From the IMG/VR virus record IMGVR_UViG_3300020161_002487, positions 1 to 63,347 of that record: a stretch of DNA of 63,347 bases; one strand, written 5' to 3'. The notes under the pieces were generated by a model. It was not told the DNA's origin and made no database searches. It worked only from the letters and a program-made list of their open reading frames with translations. Positions 6,649-15,838 of this stretch are shown piece by piece. This stretch comes from a virus. Lineage: Duplodnaviria > Caudoviricetes. The stretch's first letter is position 1, and every line of letters begins with the position of its first letter. The position numbers and the translations under genes are program-made.

Positions 6649-7365
6649 ATGGATCATTCATATACTCTGGAAGAGTTCAAAATTGCAGTAGAAACCAGTT
6701 TTTCTATATCACAATCTTTAACAAAATTGGGATTGTCCCCAAGGGGGGGAAATTATAGGGTATTTAAAAAATTTCAAAAACTTTATGATATAGATACTTC
6801 CCATTTTACTGGTCAAGGTCATAGAAAAGGAAAAAGTAATACTTCTCTATTAAAACCTTTGAGTGAAATTTTAATAATGGGATCCGAATATAGTTCTAAT
6901 AAGTTGAGAAAAAGATTAATAGAAGAAGGATTAAAGGAACATAAATGTGAATCTTGTGGTTTAAATGAATGGTTAGGAGATAAAATACCTTTAGAATTGG
7001 ATCATATCGATGGGGATCATTATAATAATCAAATTAATAATTTGAGGATATTATGTCCAAATTGTCATGCTAAAACGCCAACTTATCGAGGTAAAAATAA
7101 AAAAAATAAAAATTCACAAGCAATTAAAAATAAAAATCAAATAAACATAACAAAAAAAATATATAATTGTTCTTTTTGTGGAATTGAATTGAAAGGAAAA
7201 TGTAAAACTGGATTGTGTAATGTTTGCTATTCAAAATCTCAGAGAAAAGTCGAAAGACCACCAAAAGAAAAATTATTAATTGAAATCCAACAAACTTCTT
7301 ATGTTGCGGTTGGTAAAAAATATAATGTTAGTGACAATGCCATTCGCAAGTGGTTAAAATCTTAA
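6649..7365 (+). CDS. HNH endonuclease downstream of tRNA-Leu
   Basis: CESC...LELDHIDGDHYNN...NLRILCPNCH, second Zn finger, C-terminal HTH; start ATG 6649 preferred because CATAAATA lies at 6619. Confidence 0.88.
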   Translation: MDHSYTLEEFKIAVETSFSISQSLTKLGLSPRGGNYRVFKKFQKLYDIDTSHFTGQGHRKGKSNTSLLKPLSEILIMGSEYSSNKLRKRLIEEGLKEHKCESCGLNEWLGDKIPLELDHIDGDHYNNQINNLRILCPNCHAKTPTYRGKNKKNKNSQAIKNKNQINITKKIYNCSFCGIELKGKCKTGLCNVCYSKSQRKVERPPKEKLLIEIQQTSYVAVGKKYNVSDNAIRKWLKS

Positions 7366-7447
7366 TTTTAATATTTTAATAAAACTAAAATTTTCTTCAA
7401 TTCAAATAAATATCGAATCTCATAAATAGTTCATATTTCAAAATAAT

Positions 7448-7885
7448 ATGGAAATCTTATTTAAACTTTTAAGTGATACTCAATCTTCTTTATTTGTTTT
7501 ATTTCAAAAAACTTGGGTATATCATTGGAACGTAGTTGGATCTGATTTTCATCAACTTCATAATATGTTTGGTGATCAATATGAAACAATGTTCGAAGAA
7601 ATAGACAGAATATCTGAGCACATGAGATACTTAGGGATGAGACCCCTATCTTCATTGGCTCGAATGATTGAAGTTTCAGGTATATCTGAGGCATCAAGTG
7701 GAATCTCAGCAAATGAAATGGTAGCACAATTAATGAACGATAATAAAGCATTAATTGAAATGTTAAAGGAAATATCAAAAGAAGCAGAAAGTCAAAACTC
7801 AATGGCTACTGCTAATTTGGTTCAAGATCTTATGGAAACTCACGGTAAATTTGAGTGGATGTTGAGATCTTTCTTATCTCTTTGA
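7448..7885 (+). CDS. dps: Dps / ferritin-like DNA protection protein
   Basis: HWNVVGSDFHQLH and DRISEH ferroxidase motifs. Confidence 0.9.
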   Translation: MEILFKLLSDTQSSLFVLFQKTWVYHWNVVGSDFHQLHNMFGDQYETMFEEIDRISEHMRYLGMRPLSSLARMIEVSGISEASSGISANEMVAQLMNDNKALIEMLKEISKEAESQNSMATANLVQDLMETHGKFEWMLRSFLSL

Positions 7886-7939
7886 TTTGGGACTTCACTC
7901 AAGTAGAATGTCATGGGGTTCAATCCCCTAGATTACATT

Positions 7940-8013
7940 TCGGGATTAGCTCATCTTGGTAGAGCAAAAGTTTTCCAAACTTTAGGTGAGGGGATCGTGG
8001 CCCTTATCCCGCT
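7940..8013 (+). tRNA. Non-canonical second tRNA-Gly(UCC)
   Basis: AAAGT-TT TCC AA-ACTTT arm and normal D arm, but U1/C72 mismatch and T loop ATCGTGG. Confidence 0.65.
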
Positions 8014-8048
8014 TGTTCACATTAATTATAACTTATAATAAATTTTTT

Positions 8049-9014
8049 ATGAAACTGCAATATTTTATTATTCCTGCTTTAATTTCTGCTCCAATCTCTG
8101 CTTATGCTGGGCAATCTCTAAATGGAGCAGGCGCAACTTTTCCGGCCCCATTGTATCAACGTTGGCTTTCTAATTATAGCCAAACTTCTGGTAACAAAAT
8201 CAACTATCAATCGGTTGGCAGCGGCGCCGGAGTTCGTCAATTTATTTCTGGCACAGTTGATTTTGCTGCATCTGATGAACCAATTAAAGAATCTGAGGTA
8301 GCCAAAGTAAAACGTGGCGTAGTTCAAATTCCAGTTACTGGAGGAACTATTGCAATTGCATATAACAAACCAGGATGTAATCTTAAGTTGACTCAACAAC
8401 AAACAGTTGACATTTTTACTGGAAAAATTAATAACTGGAGTCAACTTAAGTGTGGATCTGGTAAAATTAATGTTGTCCATCGTTCAGATGGTTCTGGTAC
8501 TACTTTTGCCTTTACCAATTCACTGAAATCATTTTCTTCGACTTGGACTTATGGTGTAAATAAATCTGTAAATTGGCCAGTTGGAGTTGGAGCAAAAGGA
8601 AACGAAGGTGTATCTGCACTAATTAAACAACAGACCGGAACAATTGGGTATGTAAGTTATTCGTTTGTTCAGGGACAACGTTTACAGGCTGCTGCAATTC
8701 AAAATAAAGCAGGTAAGTTTGTTCTTCCTAATTCTACTTCGGGTTCTGCCGCACTAAATCAAATCTCTCTTGATGCAAATCTTGCTGGAGAAAATCCAAA
8801 CCCAGGAAATGCCAGATCATATCCCATTTCTACTTTGACTTGGATTCTAGCATATAAGACTGGAAATGGAGCTAAAACAGAAACAATCAAAAATATGTTA
8901 CAGTATATGCTCAGCGGAAAAGCTCAAATGATTTCTGATGATCTTGGTTATGTTCCTCTTAGTGGATCACTTTTAAATAAATCAAGAATTTCTGTTTCTC
9001 GTATTGGTAAATGA
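8049..9014 (+). CDS. pstS: Phosphate ABC transporter substrate-binding protein
   Basis: GAGATFPAPLY, YQSVGSGAG, HRSDGSGTT motifs; signal peptide from ATG 8049. Confidence 0.96.
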   Translation: MKLQYFIIPALISAPISAYAGQSLNGAGATFPAPLYQRWLSNYSQTSGNKINYQSVGSGAGVRQFISGTVDFAASDEPIKESEVAKVKRGVVQIPVTGGTIAIAYNKPGCNLKLTQQQTVDIFTGKINNWSQLKCGSGKINVVHRSDGSGTTFAFTNSLKSFSSTWTYGVNKSVNWPVGVGAKGNEGVSALIKQQTGTIGYVSYSFVQGQRLQAAAIQNKAGKFVLPNSTSGSAALNQISLDANLAGENPNPGNARSYPISTLTWILAYKTGNGAKTETIKNMLQYMLSGKAQMISDDLGYVPLSGSLLNKSRISVSRIGK

Positions 9015-9070
9015 TAAATATTTGAGAAGAAATTAATTTTTCTTCTCTTTCTTTATATTTAATATATCCA

Positions 9071-9235
9071 ATGAAAATATATTTATGGTATTCTGATAAT
9101 ATGAAACAATGGAGATGGACTCTCACTGAGGGTTCAGGACCAAATATTAAACAAGAATCTGGAAGTCAACCTTTTCTTCGTGATGCCATGAGCGATGTTG
9201 CAAATACTGTTGAATATCTTATGAGTCAACCTTAA
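9071..9235 (+). CDS. Small hypothetical protein (54 aa, not in ORF track)
   Basis: Open frame MKIYLWYSDNMKQWRWTL...VEYLMSQP. Confidence 0.6.
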   Translation: MKIYLWYSDNMKQWRWTLTEGSGPNIKQESGSQPFLRDAMSDVANTVEYLMSQP

Positions 9236-9244
9236 CTTAAACTT

Positions 9245-9385
9245 ATGCAATATTCGGACTTTGTAAAAGAAGCAAAAAATTGCAAAAAAATAGCATACAA
9301 AAATGCAGTTGCCAATCCCAGCTTGGGGACTCAAACTGGCCAAGCATGTGCCAAAAGATCATCGTCTAGTGCAGGCGGAGATTAA
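9245..9385 (+). CDS. Small basic protein (46 aa) with capsid-targeting-like N-terminus
   Basis: Open frame MQYSDFVKEAKNCKK...; not in ORF track. Confidence 0.5.
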   Translation: MQYSDFVKEAKNCKKIAYKNAVANPSLGTQTGQACAKRSSSSAGGD

Positions 9386-9433
9386 TTCAATATATTCAGT
9401 ATAAATATTCATTATATTATATGTGAATATAAA

Positions 9434-9688
9434 ATGGAACATATCAAAATAAGATGTAAAGTTTGTAACACTGAATTAGAAAATCATCCATCTCAACTAA
9501 GAACTTGTGGATGTCCAAATATGACAAGCATTCGTGTGGATAAAATATCCGCAGTAGATTTAAGTAAAGTCATTATAATTAGCGGTTACAATACAAAATC
9601 TAATAATTATCTAACTAATCAGGATCTTCAGTTTCAAGAAGAAAGAAGAAAAAGAAAAGTTAGAAAATTAGATTTTGAAATTAGATAG
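9434..9688 (+). CDS. Hypothetical Zn-binding protein
   Basis: CKVC...CGC motif; late promoter TATAAATA upstream. Confidence 0.7.
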   Translation: MEHIKIRCKVCNTELENHPSQLRTCGCPNMTSIRVDKISAVDLSKVIIISGYNTKSNNYLTNQDLQFQEERRKRKVRKLDFEIR

Positions 9689-9778
9689 GGTAGCGTGGCA
9701 GAGCCTGGTTTATTGCGTTTGTCTTGAAAACAAATGAGGGGGAACACCCCTCCGTTAGTTCAAATCTAACCGCTACCG
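9689..9778 (+). tRNA. tRNA-Ser(UGA)
   Basis: GGTAGCG/CGCTACC acceptor, CT-TGA-AA loop, long variable arm. Confidence 0.93.
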
Positions 9779-9815
9779 CTTACCAAATAACTAAATAAAA
9801 ATAAAGAACAGAAAA

Positions 9816-10187
9816 ATGAAATTCAAAGAATTTCTTCATGAGTCAAAAAAAGTACAAATAAAAGACTTTGCAAATTTTGTCAAAGATCAATTGGGATTAT
9901 CTGAGTTACCAAAAATTACAGTAATAGATGATCCCCAATTTTCTATCGACAACAAAACTTTTGGTTGTTTTAATTTAGGGACAAACGAAATAAAACTTCA
10001 AATTGCACAAAGGCATCCAATGGATGTTTATCGAACTCTTGCACATGAACTTGTTCATTATCACCAAAAACAAAGTGGAAAGGAGATGAGTGGAGAAACA
10101 GGAAGCGAATGTGAAGATGAGGCAAATCGAGAAGCTGGAATATTTTTAAGAAAATATACGCAAACTATACCAAATCACGGATATTGA
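9816..10187 (+). CDS. Zincin-like metallopeptidase domain protein
   Basis: RTLAHELVH and downstream EDEAN; N-terminus MKFKEFLHE. Confidence 0.75.
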   Translation: MKFKEFLHESKKVQIKDFANFVKDQLGLSELPKITVIDDPQFSIDNKTFGCFNLGTNEIKLQIAQRHPMDVYRTLAHELVHYHQKQSGKEMSGETGSECEDEANREAGIFLRKYTQTIPNHGY

Positions 10188-10305
10188 TTATGAGAGATTT
10201 AATTGTTTCGCTAATGGAAAACCAGGGATTTGATTATTTTCTTGGTCTTTCTATTGTTATGGTTCCAATCATTGGATTTCTTTCCATGGGTCATGGTGAC
10301 GATTA

Positions 10306-10365
10306 GGACACTTTCTCGACTGTCACATGGTCCATTGACATTTCAGTAAATTTGGGGTATTATAT
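10306..10365 (+). promoter_or_regulatory. Palindromic motif plus sigma70 promoter for tRNA-Ile
   Basis: CACTT-TCTC-GACTG, then TTGACA at 10335 and TATTAT 17 nt later. Confidence 0.7.
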
Positions 10366-10379
10366 TAAAGTCAAGTCAA

Positions 10380-10453
10380 GGGAGCGTAGCTCAAGTGGTT
10401 AGAGCACAGACCTTATAAGTCTGGGGTTGTGGGTTCAAGCCCCACCGTTCCCA
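10380..10453 (+). tRNA. tRNA-Ile(UAU)
   Basis: GGGAGCG/CGTTCCC acceptor, CAGAC-CT TAT AA-GTCTG arm. Confidence 0.92.
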
Positions 10454-10492
10454 TTGGACATAACATGTCCTTATTGTTAACCTATTCGTGTA

Positions 10493-10717
10493 ATGTCAGA
10501 CCAAACTTTCTGTTCTAAATTTCGTAAGTCAACACAAACTCTAAATCGTGCAATCAAGCGAGAAGTGATTCTTGCCATTGATCAACCCAAACTCTACAAA
10601 AAAATTGTGAAGTATTTTGAAAGCGAAGGAGTTGAATTTTATGGAGACATTGAAGCTGATTATGAATTAATTCTCAGTCTCATTTCAGAAGAACTTCAAT
10701 CTAATGTTCTCGTATGA
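10493..10717 (+). CDS. Hypothetical protein
   Basis: ORF in tightly packed operon. Confidence 0.7.
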   Translation: MSDQTFCSKFRKSTQTLNRAIKREVILAIDQPKLYKKIVKYFESEGVEFYGDIEADYELILSLISEELQSNVLV

Positions 10718-10950
10718 CTAAAGTTTTATTTCAAGTCGAGCAGTATCGATTTATTGAAAAGGGACTAATTCCATCAAATAATTGTCCAGATTATCGTATT
10801 CAAAAGAAAAACGATTATACAAAGCTCTGGCATGATGCATATTTACTTGACAATTCAATTCAATGTTCTTATGCTATGGAGGATTTGGAATATGCGAAAT
10901 TTCTTTGTGGAGATCCAGCATATGGAAAGAAAGAATGTGAGGAAGAATAA
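10714..10950 (+). CDS. Hypothetical protein
   Basis: ATGA overlap with the previous gene. Confidence 0.7.
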   Translation: MTKVLFQVEQYRFIEKGLIPSNNCPDYRIQKKNDYTKLWHDAYLLDNSIQCSYAMEDLEYAKFLCGDPAYGKKECEEE

Positions 10951-10973
10951 ATAATTGGGTTAGAATCCAATAG

Positions 10974-11198
10974 ATGGAAAAGAAGACAATTTTGCGCTAC
11001 ATTGGAAATCTATTGATAATGATTGGATACTACATTTTATTGTGGGGTGATCCAGAGTTGGGATTGTTGATCAAATGTACTGGAGGATTACTTGTTATTC
11101 CTTCTTTGGTATTGTTAAAAATGTGGGATGCACTCTTTATTTGTGGATTCTTTACAACAGTAGAAATATCAAAAATAATACAATTACTACTGTCTTAG
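10974..11198 (+). CDS. Small membrane protein
   Basis: Multiple hydrophobic segments. Confidence 0.65.
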   Translation: MEKKTILRYIGNLLIMIGYYILLWGDPELGLLIKCTGGLLVIPSLVLLKMWDALFICGFFTTVEISKIIQLLLS

Positions 11199-11249
11199 GA
11201 AGACACTAAACTCATCTTGGTGGAGCCAAATTTGACCCATGATAGAAAG

Positions 11250-11275
11250 GAGAGTTCTAGTAACTCTCTTTTTTT
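11250..11275 (+). terminator. Intrinsic terminator
   Basis: GAGAGTT-ctagt-AACTCTC followed by a T run. Confidence 0.75.
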
Positions 11276-11302
11276 GTTAAAAAATATAAAAAAGTATTAT
11301 AT

Positions 11303-11471
11303 AAAAAGGCACTAATTACAGGAATTTCGGGACAAGATGGGTCATAATAAAACTCCCAGAAAAGTTCTTAATGTAGATAAAAATAAGGCACTTGGAGGGG
11401 AACCAAAAATTAATCTTCGGGAAGGAATAAAATTAAATTACAAATGGTATAAAAATAATGATATCTTTTAA
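11303..11471 (+). pseudogene. Deletion scar: N-terminus of GDP-mannose 4,6-dehydratase joined to C-terminus of GDP-fucose synthase
   Basis: 11303-11347 KKALITGISGQDGS*; 11352-11471 TPRKVLNVDKNKALGGEPKINLREGIKLNYKWY. Confidence 0.8.
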
Positions 11472-12261
11472 TTCTCTTGGTAATCTTGGTAGGTTGGGAA
11501 ATCAAATGTTTCAATATGCTTCGCTGAAGGGTATTGCACATAATAGGGGAATGGAATTTAGTATTCCACCAAAAACTATTTTTGGTCATATTGATTTAGC
11601 AGTTAAAAATTCAGACGCAACACTTTATGATTGTTTTGATTTGTCTGGAGTAAATCAAAATATTTGTAATTACGGTAGATTAGTAGAATCTATCTTTTGT
11701 TTTGATCAAAATATATTTGATACTTGTCCATCTAGTGTAGATTTATTTGGATATTTCCAAACAGAAAAATATTTTCAAAATATTGAATCTCAGATAAAAG
11801 AAGATTTTAAATTTAATGAAGAAATTTATACCTTAGCAAAAGATACTTTTACTGAATTATTCTTAGATCAAGAAGTAATCTCTCTACATATTCGTAGGGG
11901 AGATTATTTAACCAATTCTAGTCATCCAGTGCAATCATTGGAATATTATGAACAAGCATTATCCCATTTTGATAATAACACTTTGGTCATAATTTTTTCT
12001 GACGATCCATATTGGTGTAAGGAGCAAAAAATATTTGAATCAGATCGTTTTATAATCTCATATGGAAAAGATACTAAAATTGATCTTTGTTTGATGACGA
12101 TGTGTACATATCACATAATTGCAAATAGTTCTTATAGTTGGTGGGGATCGTATCTTGCGGATAGTAAAAAAACTATTGCGCCAAAAAATTGGTTTAGTGG
12201 AGAATTAAATAAAATACATAACACAAAAGATCTATATCGTAACCATTGGACAATTATATAA
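11458..12261 (+). CDS. Alpha-1,2-fucosyltransferase (GT11)
   Basis: GRLGNQMFQYA, HIRRGDY, FSDD, IIANSSYSWW motifs. Confidence 0.92.
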   Translation: MISFNSLGNLGRLGNQMFQYASLKGIAHNRGMEFSIPPKTIFGHIDLAVKNSDATLYDCFDLSGVNQNICNYGRLVESIFCFDQNIFDTCPSSVDLFGYFQTEKYFQNIESQIKEDFKFNEEIYTLAKDTFTELFLDQEVISLHIRRGDYLTNSSHPVQSLEYYEQALSHFDNNTLVIIFSDDPYWCKEQKIFESDRFIISYGKDTKIDLCLMTMCTYHIIANSSYSWWGSYLADSKKTIAPKNWFSGELNKIHNTKDLYRNHWTII

Positions 12262-12264
12262 AAC

Positions 12265-12936
12265 ATGTCAAAATATAATACATATTACAAGCAAAATCAA
12301 GAAAGACTCAAGTATAAATTTAATAAATCTGACACAATTGAAAGAAACTATTCTCAGGCGTTTCAGGATTTATTTGTACTAAGCATTTTGAATGGAAAAG
12401 AAAACGGAACTTATGTTGAAATCGGTGGGGATCACCCAATCAATATAAGCAATTCATATTTACTTGAAACTGAATTCAATTGGAAAGGAATTTCACTGGA
12501 AATTGATTCTAGTAAAGTTGATTATTATAATTCAATAAGAAAAAATAAATGTATTTCTACTGACGCCACTAGAGCAGATTACTCTAGACTTTTTTCTGAT
12601 TGCAATTTTTTACCTCAAATTGATTATCTTCAAGTTGACATTGAACCATCTTGGCAAACATTAAAAGCACTAAAGCAAATTCCATTAAATCAATATAGAT
12701 TTTCTGTCATTACATTTGAAACTGATCTATATAAAGATGGCAATGAGTCGGCAGAAGAATGTCATAATATATTAACACAATTTGGATATAAATTAGTAAT
12801 AAAAAATGTTGCTAATGAAGGATGTCCATATGAAAATTGGTATGTGGATCCAAATTCGGTAGATTCCAATATTGTTAGTATTTTTGAAGACGTTTCTGAT
12901 GCACCAAAAGAAGCTATAACTTGTTTATTAAATTAG
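12265..12936 (+). CDS. FkbM-like SAM-dependent methyltransferase
   Basis: YSQAFQD, YVEIGG, IDYLQVDIE motifs. Confidence 0.75.
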   Translation: MSKYNTYYKQNQERLKYKFNKSDTIERNYSQAFQDLFVLSILNGKENGTYVEIGGDHPINISNSYLLETEFNWKGISLEIDSSKVDYYNSIRKNKCISTDATRADYSRLFSDCNFLPQIDYLQVDIEPSWQTLKALKQIPLNQYRFSVITFETDLYKDGNESAEECHNILTQFGYKLVIKNVANEGCPYENWYVDPNSVDSNIVSIFEDVSDAPKEAITCLLN

Positions 12937-12946
12937 GATATTTTAA

Positions 12947-13726
12947 ATGACAGAAAAATGGGCTATTGATAAAACTGCAATTCAAAAATATATTGAATCC
13001 TGCAATGACTTCGTTAAAAATGATGATTTATTTGATACATTTAAACAAGACTCTAGATATACTCCTATATTAGAGCACGTTGGAAAAGAAGAATCTGAAC
13101 TTCTTATTTCCGAAATGAAATCAAAAGAACTACTTACAAATGATATATTAGAGTCAATAAAAGAAAATGATAGGTATGGTTCTCCTACTGTTTTTAATTA
13201 TAGTAGTTTTGGAACTATTTCTCCCTCCTCACTTAGATATACAAAAAACTGTTTAGATATCTTAACTTATCTTGGTGATAAAATAAAATTTAAAAATGTA
13301 TTGGAGATAGGTGGTGGATATGGTGGGTTATGTAAAGTATTCAGTTCTTTTGTAAATTTTTCAAATTATTACTTGGTTGATTTACCAGAAGTAAGTGAAT
13401 TATCAAAAAAATATTTGAATAAATTTGATAAGATCAAAGACAAGATTAATTACATCACTACTGAAAATATTATTGAAGTGGGCAAATTAGATTTAGTAAT
13501 CAGCAATTATGCATTTTCAGAATGTAGTGCAGAATGCCAACAAAAATATTATGATTTGATGATAAGTAATTCTAAATCATTTTACATGGTTTATAATAAT
13601 TTTACAATTGGCAATTTAAATAGTGAAGCATTCATTGAACTTGCATCTAAAGATTTTAATATAACTGTTGAAGATGAGATACGATCAACTCACAATAATT
13701 GTATAATTTATGGAATTAAAAAATAA
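12947..13726 (+). CDS. Putative sugar O-methyltransferase
   Basis: VLEIGGGYGG, LVDLPE, ISNYAFSE motifs. Confidence 0.75.
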   Translation: MTEKWAIDKTAIQKYIESCNDFVKNDDLFDTFKQDSRYTPILEHVGKEESELLISEMKSKELLTNDILESIKENDRYGSPTVFNYSSFGTISPSSLRYTKNCLDILTYLGDKIKFKNVLEIGGGYGGLCKVFSSFVNFSNYYLVDLPEVSELSKKYLNKFDKIKDKINYITTENIIEVGKLDLVISNYAFSECSAECQQKYYDLMISNSKSFYMVYNNFTIGNLNSEAFIELASKDFNITVEDEIRSTHNNCIIYGIKK

Positions 13727-13728
13727 TC

Positions 13729-14388
13729 ATGAAAATTAATTTAACAGAAACTCAAGTATATTATATTAATCTTCCACATCATTTAGAAAAAAATGAAAAG
13801 ATAACAGAAATGTTTTCTGAATTAAATTATAAAAAAGTTCAACGATTGGATGGTGCAATATACCCAGAAAATCCAATTGCGGGGTGCTCTAGGGCACATT
13901 ATCATTCATTGGATCCTGATAAAGTTCCATTTATTTTATTTGAAGATGATGCATTTTTATTAGACTCAGAAAGAAAACTTGATATAATTGAAGTTCCAGA
14001 TGATGCAGATGCAGTTTATTTGGGGACATCTACTTGGGGACGAATGAATGGTCATAATGGTGAATATATTCAATATGACAGAGTAGATGGATATCCAGAA
14101 TTAGTAAGAGTATATAATATACTGGCTACTCATGCAATTTTGTATATTTCAAAAGAATATACTGAAATGTGCAAAAGAGTAGGTTATCATACTGGTTATG
14201 TGATAGAAAACTATAATGATGTTGGATTTGCGGAAATTCAAAGATACTTTAATGTATATGCATTTGATACTCCAATTTTTGCACAAAGTAGTAATATTAT
14301 AGGGACCAACAGATCAATATCCTCGGTTAATCATACTGAATGTATGCACCATTCTCCATTACAATTTTATCCATATAAAGTAAAATGA
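13729..14388 (+). CDS. Glycosyltransferase family 25-like
   Basis: YYINL...GCSRAH...LFEDDA; paralog of 15086. Confidence 0.7.
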   Translation: MKINLTETQVYYINLPHHLEKNEKITEMFSELNYKKVQRLDGAIYPENPIAGCSRAHYHSLDPDKVPFILFEDDAFLLDSERKLDIIEVPDDADAVYLGTSTWGRMNGHNGEYIQYDRVDGYPELVRVYNILATHAILYISKEYTEMCKRVGYHTGYVIENYNDVGFAEIQRYFNVYAFDTPIFAQSSNIIGTNRSISSVNHTECMHHSPLQFYPYKVK

Positions 14389-15089
14389 AAATTTGTATTT
14401 TAAATATTGCAACCAATAATTATCTTCAATTTGTAAATCCATTACTGGACTCAATTGATGAAAATTTTTTAAACGGACATGAGATATCTTCCTTAGTATT
14501 TACGAATCATGACTTGGAAGTAGAGAGCGATAGGATTAAAATTTCTAAAATAGACCATGAACCATGGCCTATCCCAACACTAAAAAGATATCATTATTTT
14601 GTATCCGAAAAAGAATATATTTCTCAATTTGATTATTGTTTTTATCTTGATGTTGATATGAGAATTGAAAATAAAGTTGGAGATGAAATTTTAAGTGATT
14701 TAGTTGCAACTCAACATCCAGGATTTTGGTTCAAGGAATCAAATTGGTATACATATGAGAGAAGACCACAATCGACCGCATACATTCCTTTTGGTCAAGG
14801 TAAGATGTACTATGCTGGTGGATTCAATGGAGGAAAGCCAGAGCATTTTCTAAAAATGTCAGAAACAATTGTAAATAATGTAGAAGAAGACTTTAGGAAT
14901 AATATCATTGCAGAATGGCATGATGAAAGTCACATGAATAGATATCTCTTAGATAATCCCCCAACACTAGAACTAAATCCTTCTTATTGCTACCCAGAGG
15001 CAGTTAGGTTCAATCCAAATGGGTGGAATGTTCCATTTCAACCAAAAATAGTTGCACTAGAAAAGGATCACAGAGAATTTAGAAAATGA
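14385..15089 (+). CDS. Glycosyltransferase family 6 (alpha-1,3-Gal/GalNAc transferase)
   Basis: IATNNY, YLDVD (DXD), YYAGGFNGG, WHDESHMNRY. Confidence 0.9.
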   Translation: MKICILNIATNNYLQFVNPLLDSIDENFLNGHEISSLVFTNHDLEVESDRIKISKIDHEPWPIPTLKRYHYFVSEKEYISQFDYCFYLDVDMRIENKVGDEILSDLVATQHPGFWFKESNWYTYERRPQSTAYIPFGQGKMYYAGGFNGGKPEHFLKMSETIVNNVEEDFRNNIIAEWHDESHMNRYLLDNPPTLELNPSYCYPEAVRFNPNGWNVPFQPKIVALEKDHREFRK

Positions 15090-15838
15090 GATTAAATTTA
15101 ATTGATATTCCAGTATATTATATTAATCTAGATTCTGCAGAAGAAAGAAGAAAATCAACAGAGACTCTTCTTAAAATGATTGGATTTAGGAATGTAAATA
15201 GAATAGCTGGAATATTTCATCCGAAAGGAAGAATTGTAGGATGTGCCAGATCTCATTATGAAATCTTAAGACAAGTAGAACCACCTTTTATTATTCTAGA
15301 AGATGATTGCACTCTGAATAAAGAATTTATAAATGAGATTGATGTACCAGAAAATGCAGATTCTCTTTATTTGGGAATCTCGCATTGGGGAAGATATTTG
15401 AATCACTCTGGGCCTTATGTTCATTATAATAAAATTAATGATGAATTAATGAGAGTATATAATATGCTTGCAACACATGCGATCACATACTTGTCCAAAT
15501 CTTATGTTGACATTTGCAAGAAAATAGCATATCATTATGGATATGAAGTAGAAGGTCATCTAGATATTGGATTTGCCGAAATTCATAAATTTTATAATGT
15601 TTATAGTTTAGATGAGCCACTGTTTCGTCAATATGACTGGAGTGCAGTTACATCTGGAAGATTAAGTGATGTATCAATCGATAAAAACAAATCAGAAATA
15701 TTATTCAATAATATATTAAAATCTGATGAAAATTACTATAAATTAAATTCCGAATTTAAATCTCCAATTAAACCTTTAATTGAATGTAGAGATGTAAATG
15801 GAATTCCTGGATATTTTTTACCAACGAGGATTATGTAA
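15086..15838 (+). CDS. Glycosyltransferase family 25-like
   Basis: YYINLD...GCARSH...ILEDD; paralog of 13729. Confidence 0.7.
   Translation: MRLNLIDIPVYYINLDSAEERRKSTETLLKMIGFRNVNRIAGIFHPKGRIVGCARSHYEILRQVEPPFIILEDDCTLNKEFINEIDVPENADSLYLGISHWGRYLNHSGPYVHYNKINDELMRVYNMLATHAITYLSKSYVDICKKIAYHYGYEVEGHLDIGFAEIHKFYNVYSLDEPLFRQYDWSAVTSGRLSDVSIDKNKSEILFNNILKSDENYYKLNSEFKSPIKPLIECRDVNGIPGYFLPTRIM

Noticed and set aside
8016-8048. Pho box upstream of pstS
   Set aside because: Only loose TTAA-like half sites in very AT-rich DNA; not distinguishable from background by eye.
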